Below are positions 27,765 to 35,970 of a stretch of DNA of 64,000 nucleotides, piece by piece. The DNA is from Nannocystis bainbridge. GTDB lineage: Bacteria > Myxococcota_A > Polyangia > Nannocystales > Nannocystaceae. A model generated the notes under the pieces. It ran no database searches. It was not told the DNA's origin and saw nothing but the letters and a program-made list of their open reading frames with translations. Both the position numbers and the translations under genes were made by a program. Location of the stretch: the NCBI RefSeq assembly GCF_028368995.1, contig NZ_JAQNDL010000001.1, positions 4,160,001 through 4,224,000 on the forward strand, in the 5' to 3' direction. The first letter of the stretch is position 1. Each line of letters opens with the position of its first letter.

Positions 27765-28775
27765 GTGACCCGCGAAGCGAAGCCAGACTCGTCGAGGACC
27801 GTCCAGGAGACCGCGCGCTTCATCCTCCGCTACCTGCGGGAGAACGGCGAGGGCGCCACCAAGGAGACGCTGTCCACCAAGGCCGGCGTGGCCGGCGTGA
27901 CGGTGCAGCGGGCGCTCAAGTACATGCGCGAGGAGTGGGACGCGCCGCTCGAGTTCGTGCACGCGAGCAAGGTGTGGAAGCTGCTCGACGACAAGTTCAC
28001 GCTGCCGCTGACCGACCCCGACCCCGAGGATCTCGCTGCGGTCGTGTTCGCTTCGGCGCTGCTGCAGCCGGTCGCCGACGCCGAGCTCAACGCCCGCGTC
28101 AAGCGGCTGGTCGAGCAGATGGACGCCGCGATCGAGGAGACGCAGAAGAGCGCGTCCAAGGTGCGGCCGAAGAGCGTGACCGCGACGATGACCACCGGCA
28201 CGCGGGTCGACTCGCGCCTGGTGTCGAAGCTGCTGCAGGCCGTCGGCTCCGGCGTGGTCCGCATCGAGTACGACAGCCCGTGGTCGGGCACGCGCAAGAC
28301 CCATGACGTCGAGCCGTGGCAGCTGCGGCTCCACGACGGCGTGATGTACATGCGCGCGTTCTCGCGGACGACCGGCGACGCGCGCAGCTTCCGGGTCGCG
28401 CAGATCGTCCACGCGCGCGTGCTCCCGGGTCAGACCCCGCGCGAGGCCGTGCCGACCAAGAACAACCTGTGGGGTGGTTCGGAGCCGGGCTACGGCATCG
28501 ACAGCGACCGCCCCGGCGTCGCCACCTTGCGCGTGCGCGGCGGCGTGGCCCGGTGGATCGCCAACCTCGTGTGGGACCCCGGCCAGGAGGACAAGTGGAT
28601 CGAGCCTGGCGAGCTGCTCGAGCGCAAGGTGCCGTACCACTCGTGCCGCGAGTTCGCGCGGCGGCTGTTCACGATCGTCGACGGCCTCGAGTCGATCGAG
28701 CCGGCCGAGCTGCGCGAAGAGGTCGTCAGCGACGCGCGCGCCTTCCTCGACCGCTTGCATATCGCGCAGGCGTGA
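27765..28775 (+). CDS. HTH-WYL(-WCX) transcriptional regulator
   Basis: N-terminal HTH (LSTKAGVAGVTVQRAL), IEY...VEPWQL...MYMRAF...RSFRVAQI, C-terminal EPAELREEV. Confidence 0.85.
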   Translation: MTREAKPDSSRTVQETARFILRYLRENGEGATKETLSTKAGVAGVTVQRALKYMREEWDAPLEFVHASKVWKLLDDKFTLPLTDPDPEDLAAVVFASALLQPVADAELNARVKRLVEQMDAAIEETQKSASKVRPKSVTATMTTGTRVDSRLVSKLLQAVGSGVVRIEYDSPWSGTRKTHDVEPWQLRLHDGVMYMRAFSRTTGDARSFRVAQIVHARVLPGQTPREAVPTKNNLWGGSEPGYGIDSDRPGVATLRVRGGVARWIANLVWDPGQEDKWIEPGELLERKVPYHSCREFARRLFTIVDGLESIEPAELREEVVSDARAFLDRLHIAQA

Positions 28776-28981
28776 GCGCCGCGTTGTCTGCCGCGGATCA
28801 AGCGCCCGTGGCAAGCTCCTCCTCGAGGTCGACGGGGGACGAACTGGGTGGGTGACTTCATCGCCCCGGGGCCGGTGCTGGCCTTACGGGCTTGAAGTCT
28901 TGGTGACCTCGGGCCCAGGCGGGGACCTACGCGGCGCAGGTCGTCGCGTGGGTCCTCGCCTCCTTTTGCTATCATCCGCGC

Positions 28982-30040
28982 GTGCGCACGCGCCCGCGAG
29001 TCTGCGTCCTTCACGTCGGCGGCACCATCGGCATGGTCCGCACCGAGACCGGTTACGCGCCGCAGCCGGGCTTCCTCGGCGAGTACATGGCCGCGATGCC
29101 CGAGCTGCAGCGCTCGGAGCTGCCGGCCTTCGACGTCATCTCGCTCGAGCCGCTGCTCGACTCGGCCGACATGGCGCCCGACGACTGGGTCCGCATCGCC
29201 GAGGCCATCGCCGCTCGCTACGCCGACTACACCGGCTTCGTCGTGGTCCACGGCACCGACACGATGGCCTACACCGCCTCGGCGCTGAGCTTCTTGCTGC
29301 CCGGCCTGGCCAAGCCCGTCATCCTCACCGGCTCGCAGCTCAGCCTCACCCACGTCCGCAGCGACGGCCGCGAGCACATCATCACCGCCCTCTTGCTCGC
29401 CGGCACCTGCGAGATCCCCGAAGTGTGCATCTACTTCGCCTCGCGCCTCCTCCGCGGCAACCGGGCGCAGAAGGTCCACAACCTCGACTTCGTCGCCTTC
29501 GACAGCGGCAACCTGCCCCCGCTCGCCACCCTCGGCGTCGGCATCGAGGTCGCCCGTCACCTGGTCCGAAAGCCAGGTTCTGCCGGCGCCGCCGGCCTGA
29601 CGATGATCCCCCTCGTGCGCCGGCCCGAGGTCGCCGCCGTGCGCCTGTTCCCTGGCATCGGCGCGGCGATGATGGCCAAGCTGCTCGAGCCCCCGCTCGA
29701 GGGCCTCGTGCTCGAGACCTACGGGGTCGGCAACGCGCCGAGCCGCGACCAGGCGCTGCTCTCGACGATCGCCCGCGCCGCCGCGCCGCCGCGCGAGGCG
29801 GTGATCGTCAACTGCTCGCAGTGCCACGGCGGCTCGGTCCGCCAGACCACCTACAGCACCGGCGCCGCGCTGGCCCGCGCCGGCGTGCTGTCCGGCTTCG
29901 ACATGACCCCCGAGGCGGCCCTCACCAAGCTCTACTGCCTGCTCGCCGCCGGCCTGCCGCCGGCGACCGTCCGCTCGCGCATGCAGCAAGACCTCGCCGG
30001 CGAGCTGACGCCGGACCCCGCGAGCGGCTCCGTCTCGTAA
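28982..30040 (+). CDS. ansA: Type I L-asparaginase
   Basis: GGTIGM, LLDSADM, HGTDTMAY, LTGSQ, RGNR, DMTPEAALTKL. Confidence 0.93.
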   Translation: MRTRPRVCVLHVGGTIGMVRTETGYAPQPGFLGEYMAAMPELQRSELPAFDVISLEPLLDSADMAPDDWVRIAEAIAARYADYTGFVVVHGTDTMAYTASALSFLLPGLAKPVILTGSQLSLTHVRSDGREHIITALLLAGTCEIPEVCIYFASRLLRGNRAQKVHNLDFVAFDSGNLPPLATLGVGIEVARHLVRKPGSAGAAGLTMIPLVRRPEVAAVRLFPGIGAAMMAKLLEPPLEGLVLETYGVGNAPSRDQALLSTIARAAAPPREAVIVNCSQCHGGSVRQTTYSTGAALARAGVLSGFDMTPEAALTKLYCLLAAGLPPATVRSRMQQDLAGELTPDPASGSVS

Positions 30041-30050
30041 AGGTGCGACG

Positions 30051-30620
30051 ATGCGCGATCTGTTCCTGAGCCTGTCCGTTTGCACATGTCTTTTCGCACA
30101 TGTCTCCGGGTGCAGCTCGCCACCGGCCGCCCCGGCCGCCCCGGCGAAGCCCGCCGCCAAGCCCGCCGCGTCCGCCGCTGACGCGCCGGTCGGCTACGAC
30201 CTGCGGCGCCTGCGGCCGCGCGACGAGGAGACGCTCGCCGCCATGTTCGAGCGCCTGCGCGCCCAGGCGCTGGCCGACGGCAAGCGCGTGGCCGTGCTGT
30301 TCAGCGCCGACTGGTGCGAGCCCTGCCGCGAGCTCGAGCAGGAGCTCGGCAACCGCCACCCGGCCGCGGAGATCGGCGATGTCCGGTTCCTCGAGCTCAA
30401 GGAGGAGGACTGGAGCGCGGCGGCCCGGATGGACGAGTTCAACGAGCTGCGCCGCCGCTGGGTCGGTCAGACCGGCTCGTACCCGCTGCTGATGCTGCTC
30501 GACGCCGAGGGCAATTCGAGCGAGGAGATGAAGCAGGCGATCGAGCGCCTCGAGGCTGCGAAGATCGAGCCGACGCTGGCGCACTGGCTGGCCGATACGC
30601 GGCCGAAGAGCGCGACCTAG
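30051..30620 (+). CDS. Thioredoxin-fold lipoprotein
   Basis: Signal peptide ending VSGC; FSADWCEPC. Confidence 0.75.
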   Translation: MRDLFLSLSVCTCLFAHVSGCSSPPAAPAAPAKPAAKPAASAADAPVGYDLRRLRPRDEETLAAMFERLRAQALADGKRVAVLFSADWCEPCRELEQELGNRHPAAEIGDVRFLELKEEDWSAAARMDEFNELRRRWVGQTGSYPLLMLLDAEGNSSEEMKQAIERLEAAKIEPTLAHWLADTRPKSAT

Positions 30621-30670
30621 CGGGGCAAACGTCGACCTCCGCTGGCCGGCCCGATGCCTGGGCCGGAGAT

Positions 30671-31057
30671 TCAGGAGCGCGCTGGCGGTGCGGCGGAGGC
30701 GAACGGCCGCCCGTCGAACACGACCCGGGCCGCGCGGATCTTGCCATCCTCGACGGTGTACCAGCGGGCGACGAAGCTTGTCGGGAGCGGCGCCTTCATC
30801 ACCAGGTCGCAGAAGACGGCCACGTCATCGTCGGCGGCGAAGATCTTCCGGATCTCCATGCGCTCGAGACGCTCGCCGGCCCGCTCCAGAGAAGCGACGT
30901 AGGCGTCGGCGTCGTGCACCGCCTCGAACGGGCCGGCGAAGGTCACCTCGTCGGCCAGCAGCCGCCGCACCGTCGCGTAGTCGCCGAGCAGCCACGCGGC
31001 CTCGAACTCGATCACGATCTCCTTCGCGCTCTTCGTCGCCTTCATTTCACTGTTCAT
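30671..31057 (-). CDS. SnoaL/NTF2-like protein
   Basis: LLADEVTFAGP, VEDGKIR...FD; divergent from the AraC regulator. Confidence 0.8.
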   Translation of the reverse strand: MNSEMKATKSAKEIVIEFEAAWLLGDYATVRRLLADEVTFAGPFEAVHDADAYVASLERAGERLERMEIRKIFAADDDVAVFCDLVMKAPLPTSFVARWYTVEDGKIRAARVVFDGRPFASAAPPARS

Positions 31058-31168
31058 GCCGCGAAGGTTGCCGTCGCCGCCCGGCCCGCGCCATGCTCGT
31101 TCGTCCGCGATCCCTGTCCGTTCGTCGCCCTCCCGCCGCCGACTCGGGCAAACTGACGCCTCGCGGTC

Positions 31169-32110
31169 ATGACGATCGATCCGCTCAGCGACGTGTTGAA
31201 GGCCGTGCGCCTGCGCAGCCGCCTCTTCTGTCAGTCGACGATGCGCGCGCCGTGGGGCTTCCGCGTCGAAGGTCGCAGCCCGGCCAGTTTCAATATGGTG
31301 GTCGACGGCTGCGCGCGGCTCGAGCTGAAGGGCGTCGCGGAGCCGTTGAGCCTGGGTCCCGGCGATCTGGCGATCGTCCCCGGCGGCAACCCCTACACGG
31401 TAAACGACGGCCCGGGCTCGCCGACGCCGACGCTCGAGGAGCTGCTCGCGGTGTCGCCGGTGGATTCCGAAGGCCGGCTCTCGCACGGCGGCGACGGGCC
31501 CGTGACGACGCTGCTGTGCGGCGCGTTCTTCTTCGACGACGAGAGCGCGCGGGCCCTGCTCGACGCGTTGCCACCGGTGCTGCTGGTGCGAGCGCACGAC
31601 GGTCCCCCCGACCCGCACACGGCCTGGCTGCGCGCGACTCTAGTGCTGCTCGAGCACGAGGTCCACACCGACAACCCGGGCCGGCGGCTGCTGCTCGATC
31701 GACTGCTCGACATCCTGTTCGTGCAGGCCGTGCGGGCCCACTTTCAGGCGCCGACGAGCGCCCCGCCTGGCTGGCTCGACGCGTTGCGCGATCCGCAGAT
31801 CGGCGCCGCGGTGGCGCTGCTCCATCGTGAGTGCGCCCGACCGTGGACAGTGACGAGCATCGCGGCCAGGGTCGGTCTGTCGCGCACCGTGTTCACCGAG
31901 CGCTTCGGCATCTTGGTCGGCGAGTCCCCCGCGCGCTACCTGACGCGCTGCCGGGTCGCCCGGGCGATGACCCTGCTACGCGACGCGGACCCGTCGCTGG
32001 CGCAGATCGCCGAACAGGTCGGCTACGCCTCGGAGGCCGCCTTCAGCAAGGCCTTCAAGCGCCACGTCGGCGTCGGCCCGGGCGCTTTCCGCCGCGCGCC
32101 GACCTCGTGA
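31169..32110 (+). CDS. AraC-family regulator with cupin sensor domain
   Basis: DPLSDVL, PWTVTSIAARVGLSR, IAEQVGYASEAAFSKAFKR. Confidence 0.92.
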   Translation: MTIDPLSDVLKAVRLRSRLFCQSTMRAPWGFRVEGRSPASFNMVVDGCARLELKGVAEPLSLGPGDLAIVPGGNPYTVNDGPGSPTPTLEELLAVSPVDSEGRLSHGGDGPVTTLLCGAFFFDDESARALLDALPPVLLVRAHDGPPDPHTAWLRATLVLLEHEVHTDNPGRRLLLDRLLDILFVQAVRAHFQAPTSAPPGWLDALRDPQIGAAVALLHRECARPWTVTSIAARVGLSRTVFTERFGILVGESPARYLTRCRVARAMTLLRDADPSLAQIAEQVGYASEAAFSKAFKRHVGVGPGAFRRAPTS

Positions 32111-32112
32111 AA

Positions 32113-32154
32113 AGGCCCTCAGGACATGTCGCAAAGAACATGTCCTGAAGCACA
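32113..32154. repeat. 14-bp-period tandem array x3
   Basis: AGGCCCTCAGGACA TGTCGCAAAGAACA TGTCCTGAAGCACA. Confidence 0.75.
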
Positions 32155-32300
32155 TCGACCGACTTTCATCGCCCGCAGGATCTACGACGGCGAGCTACCA
32201 GGACCTGACCCGAGGGCCAGGTCGCTCGCTGTTCCTGTGACGCTCCGACGGACCTGTCCCGAGGGCCAGGGTGCCCTCGGTTCAGGTCCGTGCGCGCGGC

Positions 32301-33047
32301 CTAGCGGCGGCGGCGGAGGATGAAGCCGGCGCCGAGGGCCATGAGGACCATCGCGCCGTTCCAGGCGTTGCCGTCGGCGTCGACGGAGCAGCCCTTCTTC
32401 TTCTCGACCGGGGGCGGGCCTTCGTTGGCGGAGTCAGGGGTGGAGGAGGAGCCGCCGCCGCCGCTGCCGTCGTTGCCGTCACCGCCGCCGAGGGAGTCGT
32501 GCGCGTCCTGCTCGGCCGCGGCCTTGTCCTCGGCGCTCTCGTCCTCCTTGGGCGCCTCGGGCTTCTTGCCGCTCTTGATCAGCTTGATCTTGCCGGAGGC
32601 GAGCGTGAGCTCCTTGCCCTTGGCGTTGACCTGCGTGACCTTGATGTCGTAGGTGCGGTTCTTGTTGAAGCCCTTGCGGCCGTCGAGCTCGAGCTCGCCG
32701 TAGAACCACTTGTCGCCGGCGAAGTCGTTCTCGTCGTGGCGCCAGACGGACGATCTGTTGCCGTCGAGCTCCTGGAAGAACTCGACGTAGAGCGGGCCGG
32801 GGGCCGGGTTCTCGAGCTTGGCGTGGACGTAGGCGATCCAGCGATCCTCGCCGGGGACTTCGTCGAGCGTGTCGACGACGGCCGACTTGCCCTTGGCGGT
32901 GATCTTGCCGGTGCCGTCGATCTCGATCGGTGTGGCGCCGACCTTCACCTCGCCCGCGTAAGCCACGGTGCTGCTGAGCGCGGCCAGCGCGAACGCCGAG
33001 GGGAGCGTCAAGCGTCGAAGGAGGTAGTTGCGCGGTGTCTTGGTCAT
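32301..33047 (-). CDS. Secreted protein with MYXO-CTERM sorting signal
   Basis: Signal peptide; C-terminal KKKGCSV...MVLMALGAGFILRRRR. Confidence 0.8.
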   Translation of the reverse strand: MTKTPRNYLLRRLTLPSAFALAALSSTVAYAGEVKVGATPIEIDGTGKITAKGKSAVVDTLDEVPGEDRWIAYVHAKLENPAPGPLYVEFFQELDGNRSSVWRHDENDFAGDKWFYGELELDGRKGFNKNRTYDIKVTQVNAKGKELTLASGKIKLIKSGKKPEAPKEDESAEDKAAAEQDAHDSLGGGDGNDGSGGGGSSSTPDSANEGPPPVEKKKGCSVDADGNAWNGAMVLMALGAGFILRRRR

Positions 33048-33154
33048 GGCGGTCGGCTCGCAGGGTAGCACAGCCCGCGACGGGGACTATGAACCCCAAG
33101 ATTCCGGCCCCTGCCCCGCGCGCCGGAGCGAAAGCACGTGCAAAACCCGCGCGC

Positions 33155-33457
33155 TCAGCCGGCCAGGGCCGTCGCCAGGGCGCCGCTGCGATCCATCGCC
33201 GCCAGCTCCGTGAAGCCGCCGATGCTCTGATTCTTGATGAAGATCTGCGGCACCGTGCGCCGGCCGGTGCTCTCGATCAGCCAGCCCCGCGCCTCGGGCA
33301 GGTCGGACACATCGACGGCGACGAACGCGATATCGCGCCGCCTCAGCAAGGACTCGGCCATGCGGCAGTACCCGCACGTATCGGTCACGTACAACACGAC
33401 ATCGACGCCGACTTGGTCCGGCGTCTTGAACTCAGTGATGGCCCCGGCGACTCCCAT
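33155..33457 (-). CDS. grxC: Glutaredoxin 3
   Basis: CGYC, TGRRTVPQIFI, IGGF. Confidence 0.85.
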   Translation of the reverse strand: MGVAGAITEFKTPDQVGVDVVLYVTDTCGYCRMAESLLRRRDIAFVAVDVSDLPEARGWLIESTGRRTVPQIFIKNQSIGGFTELAAMDRSGALATALAG

Positions 33458-33487
33458 GGCGGTTCTCGCCGAGGGTGTAGCAGAGAA

Positions 33488-34192
33488 TCAGTCCTCGGCG
33501 AGCAGGGCGAGGATCTCGTCGTCGAGCTTGTGCTGGTGCTCGCTGGCAAACTTGCCGACGATGACGTCGCGCCGCTGAGCGATGGGCGTGCCGGCGGTGA
33601 CGCCCTGCCCGCCGATGCCGCCGATCGGGCGCCGACCGACACGGCTCGGCCCGCGGCTCGGACGCGGCGGACCCTGACCCGCGGCGGACGCGGCCACCTG
33701 CGCTTGCGCCTCGGGGGCGGTGAACACGACGTGGCCGAGCGTGGGATCGAGGGTCGGGCCGGGCTCACCCGCGGCCAGCGGCGGACCCTGGGGCACGACC
33801 TCGCGCGGCTCGGGCGGCGGCCGGCGATCGGGGCGCTTGGCCGGGGCCTTCTCCTGCACCACCGGGGCCGCGACCTCGGGCTTGTTGGAGGCCTCGGGGT
33901 GGGCGCCGATGTACTTGACGATCCGCTCGTCGAACGACCCGCTGCGCAGCTGGCGGATCATCGACTTGTGCGAGTCCTGCATCGCCGCGACGATCACGGC
34001 GTCGAGGTTCTCGCTCTCCAACTTGTCGCGGTAGTCGACCTTGTTGGAGGCGATGATGGTGCCGTCGTAAAACACGTGCGTGAAGATGTGGGCCTTCTGG
34101 AGCCCCGAATCCTCGGTTTGCACGTGATAGAGCCGCCCCCGGTGCGGGATGTTATGGTTGTAACCGAGCTGGGGGGACTGGTTGGCCGCCAT
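33488..34192 (-). CDS. Conserved deltaproteobacterial hypothetical protein
   Basis: GYNHNI.HRGRLYHVQTEDSG...MQDSHK domain, Pro-rich linker, C-terminal LDDEILALL. Confidence 0.75.
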   Translation of the reverse strand: MAANQSPQLGYNHNIPHRGRLYHVQTEDSGLQKAHIFTHVFYDGTIIASNKVDYRDKLESENLDAVIVAAMQDSHKSMIRQLRSGSFDERIVKYIGAHPEASNKPEVAAPVVQEKAPAKRPDRRPPPEPREVVPQGPPLAAGEPGPTLDPTLGHVVFTAPEAQAQVAASAAGQGPPRPSRGPSRVGRRPIGGIGGQGVTAGTPIAQRRDVIVGKFASEHQHKLDDEILALLAED

Positions 34193-34285
34193 GGTGCTGC
34201 TCGCGGGAGCGTGCCGGACTAGGTTGCCGGCGTTTTACGCGCACCGCAAGCCCAACTGTACTTTGCGGGCGAGCCATTCCCATAA

Positions 34286-35305
34286 ATGTCCCGCAACTAC
34301 GGCGGCGAGGGCTCCTGCTATGCTGCGGCACCCGACATCGTCGGGCCGCGAAGTCCCGTGTCTGCAGCCGTCGTTCAGCTCCCCTCCTCCCCTGCCGATT
34401 TGCTCGCACCGGCCGTCCAGGCCGGTCAAACGGGGGAGATCCCCGAACCAGCGCTCACCGCGCAGGTCGCCGCGTGCGCCGAAAAAGTGGCGGCGCTCGA
34501 GCCACGCGAGGTGTTCGAGCGCCTCAGCGAGGCGTTCTGCGGCCGCCACCCAGAGGTTGCGATGCAGTGGCTCCGCGACGCCGGACTGCTGGTCCACCTG
34601 CTGCCCGAGCTCGACGCGACGGTCGCGTTCTCGCAGGAGGGCGGGCGCCGGCACAAGGATGTCTGGGAGCACACGAAGGCGGTGGTGCGCCAGTCGGTGC
34701 CGCGCCCGGCCGTGCGCTGGGCCGCGGTGCTGCACGACATCGGCAAGGTCACGACGCGCCGCTTCGTCGGCCCGGGCAAGGTCACCTTCCACGGCCACGC
34801 GGAGGAGGGCGTTCGCATGTTCCGCCGCGGCCCGGCTCGCCGGATCGGCTTCCCGCCCGAGCTGCGCGAGCAAGTCGAGCTGCTCATCCTGCATCACCTG
34901 CGTCCGGGCCAGTACGACGACGGCTGGACCGACGCGGCGGTGCGGCGCTTCGCCCACGAGATGGGCCCGCTGCTGACCGACCTGCTCGACCTGTCGCGCG
35001 CCGACGTGACCAGCAAGCGGCCCGGCAAGCGCCAGCGCTGCCTGTTCTCCATCAGCGAGCTGAGTCGAAGGATCCGCGAGATCGCGGCCCTCGACGCCCG
35101 CGTGCCCCCGCTGCCCTCGGGCGTGGGCGACGTGCTGATCCGCGAGCTCGGCCTGGCCCCCGGCAAGATCATCGGCCTGCTGCGCAACCGGCTGTCGGCG
35201 ATGTGCGAGGCCGGCGAGATCGAGGCCGGACAGGCCGCCGAGTACTATGTGCAGATCGTACGCGAGCGCGGGCTGCTGACCGAGCTCGCGGGGCCGGCAA
35301 CGTAG
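34286..35305 (+). CDS. HD-domain phosphohydrolase resembling the C-terminal part of CCA-adding enzymes
   Basis: LLPEL...HKDVWEHT...WAAVLHDIGK...TFHGHAE...HHLR...DAAVRR...SRADVTS; start uncertain. Confidence 0.8.
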   Translation: MSRNYGGEGSCYAAAPDIVGPRSPVSAAVVQLPSSPADLLAPAVQAGQTGEIPEPALTAQVAACAEKVAALEPREVFERLSEAFCGRHPEVAMQWLRDAGLLVHLLPELDATVAFSQEGGRRHKDVWEHTKAVVRQSVPRPAVRWAAVLHDIGKVTTRRFVGPGKVTFHGHAEEGVRMFRRGPARRIGFPPELREQVELLILHHLRPGQYDDGWTDAAVRRFAHEMGPLLTDLLDLSRADVTSKRPGKRQRCLFSISELSRRIREIAALDARVPPLPSGVGDVLIRELGLAPGKIIGLLRNRLSAMCEAGEIEAGQAAEYYVQIVRERGLLTELAGPAT

Positions 35306-35515
35306 GCTGTCCTTCGGGGCAGCACAGGCTGCTGGGCGCGCAGTGCCGGCTGTCCTTCGGGACAGCATCGCAGGACTGAGCGAGCTCGCGGGGCCGGCTG
35401 TCCTTCGGGACAGCATCACAGGGCCGCTGGCGAGCTGTCCCGCAGGACAGCTTCGTTCTCACGGGCGGCCGGCCTTTGGGGCGAGCCGCGCTCAGGCGAT
35501 GTCCCGCGGGACAGC
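35281..35515. repeat. Five spaced TGTCC-N4-GG(A/G)CAGC hairpin-like units plus duplicated CGAGCTCGCGGGGCCGG
   Basis: Units near 35308, 35351, 35399, 35436, 35500; 17-mer at 35281 and 35381. Confidence 0.8.
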
Positions 35516-35528
35516 TCGGCTCGCCGGC

Positions 35529-35879
35529 TCAGCTCTTCTTGCCGTCTTCGGCCTTCGCGTCGGCCGGAGCGGCGCCGCCGGCCGCCGGGGCGCCGTCGAC
35601 CGGGATCGCCTTGCCGTCGGCCGCCTTCTCGTGGTCGTGCTTCTCGCCGCCGCACTTGCCCTCGCCGCACTTGCCCTCGCCGCACTTGCCCTCGCCCGAC
35701 TTGGCGTCGACCGGCTTGGCGTCGACCGGCTTGGCGTCGACCGGCTTCACGTCGGCGGGCGTCGGGTCGGCCGCCTTGACGGGGGCGGCTTCCTTGGCGT
35801 CCTTCTTGGCCTCGCCGTCGCACCCGCCCGCGCCGAGTCCGAGGAGAGCGAGGGTGGCGGTGATCGTCTTCAGGTCCAT
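35529..35879 (-). CDS. Lipoprotein with EGKCG x3 repeats; HvfA-like RiPP precursor candidate
   Basis: Signal peptide ending GAGGC; (KPVDA)3 followed by (EGKCG)3. Confidence 0.75.
   Translation of the reverse strand: MDLKTITATLALLGLGAGGCDGEAKKDAKEAAPVKAADPTPADVKPVDAKPVDAKPVDAKSGEGKCGEGKCGEGKCGGEKHDHEKAADGKAIPVDGAPAAGGAAPADAKAEDGKKS
35640..35750 (-). repeat. 15-bp coding tandem repeats (KPVDA x3, EGKCG x3)
   Basis: GCACTTGCCCTCGCC x3 and GGCGTCGACCGGCTT x3 on the plus strand. Confidence 0.9.
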
Positions 35880-35970
35880 CAGTCTTTCGTCCTTGCTCGC
35901 AGGGTACCAGCCGCCGCGCGGGATGACGACGCTGGCCGTCGCCCAGCGGGCTCAGGCGGCGAAAGCCGCC

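Noticed and set aside
28776-28981. Possible ncRNA between the WYL gene and ansA
   Set aside because: Only short GC-rich stems; no tRNA, riboswitch or other family signature that I can recognise.
27765-30040. WYL gene as a marker of an anti-phage island
   Set aside because: Its neighbours are an ABC1 kinase, asparaginase and thioredoxin; no nuclease, restriction-modification, toxin or mobility genes.
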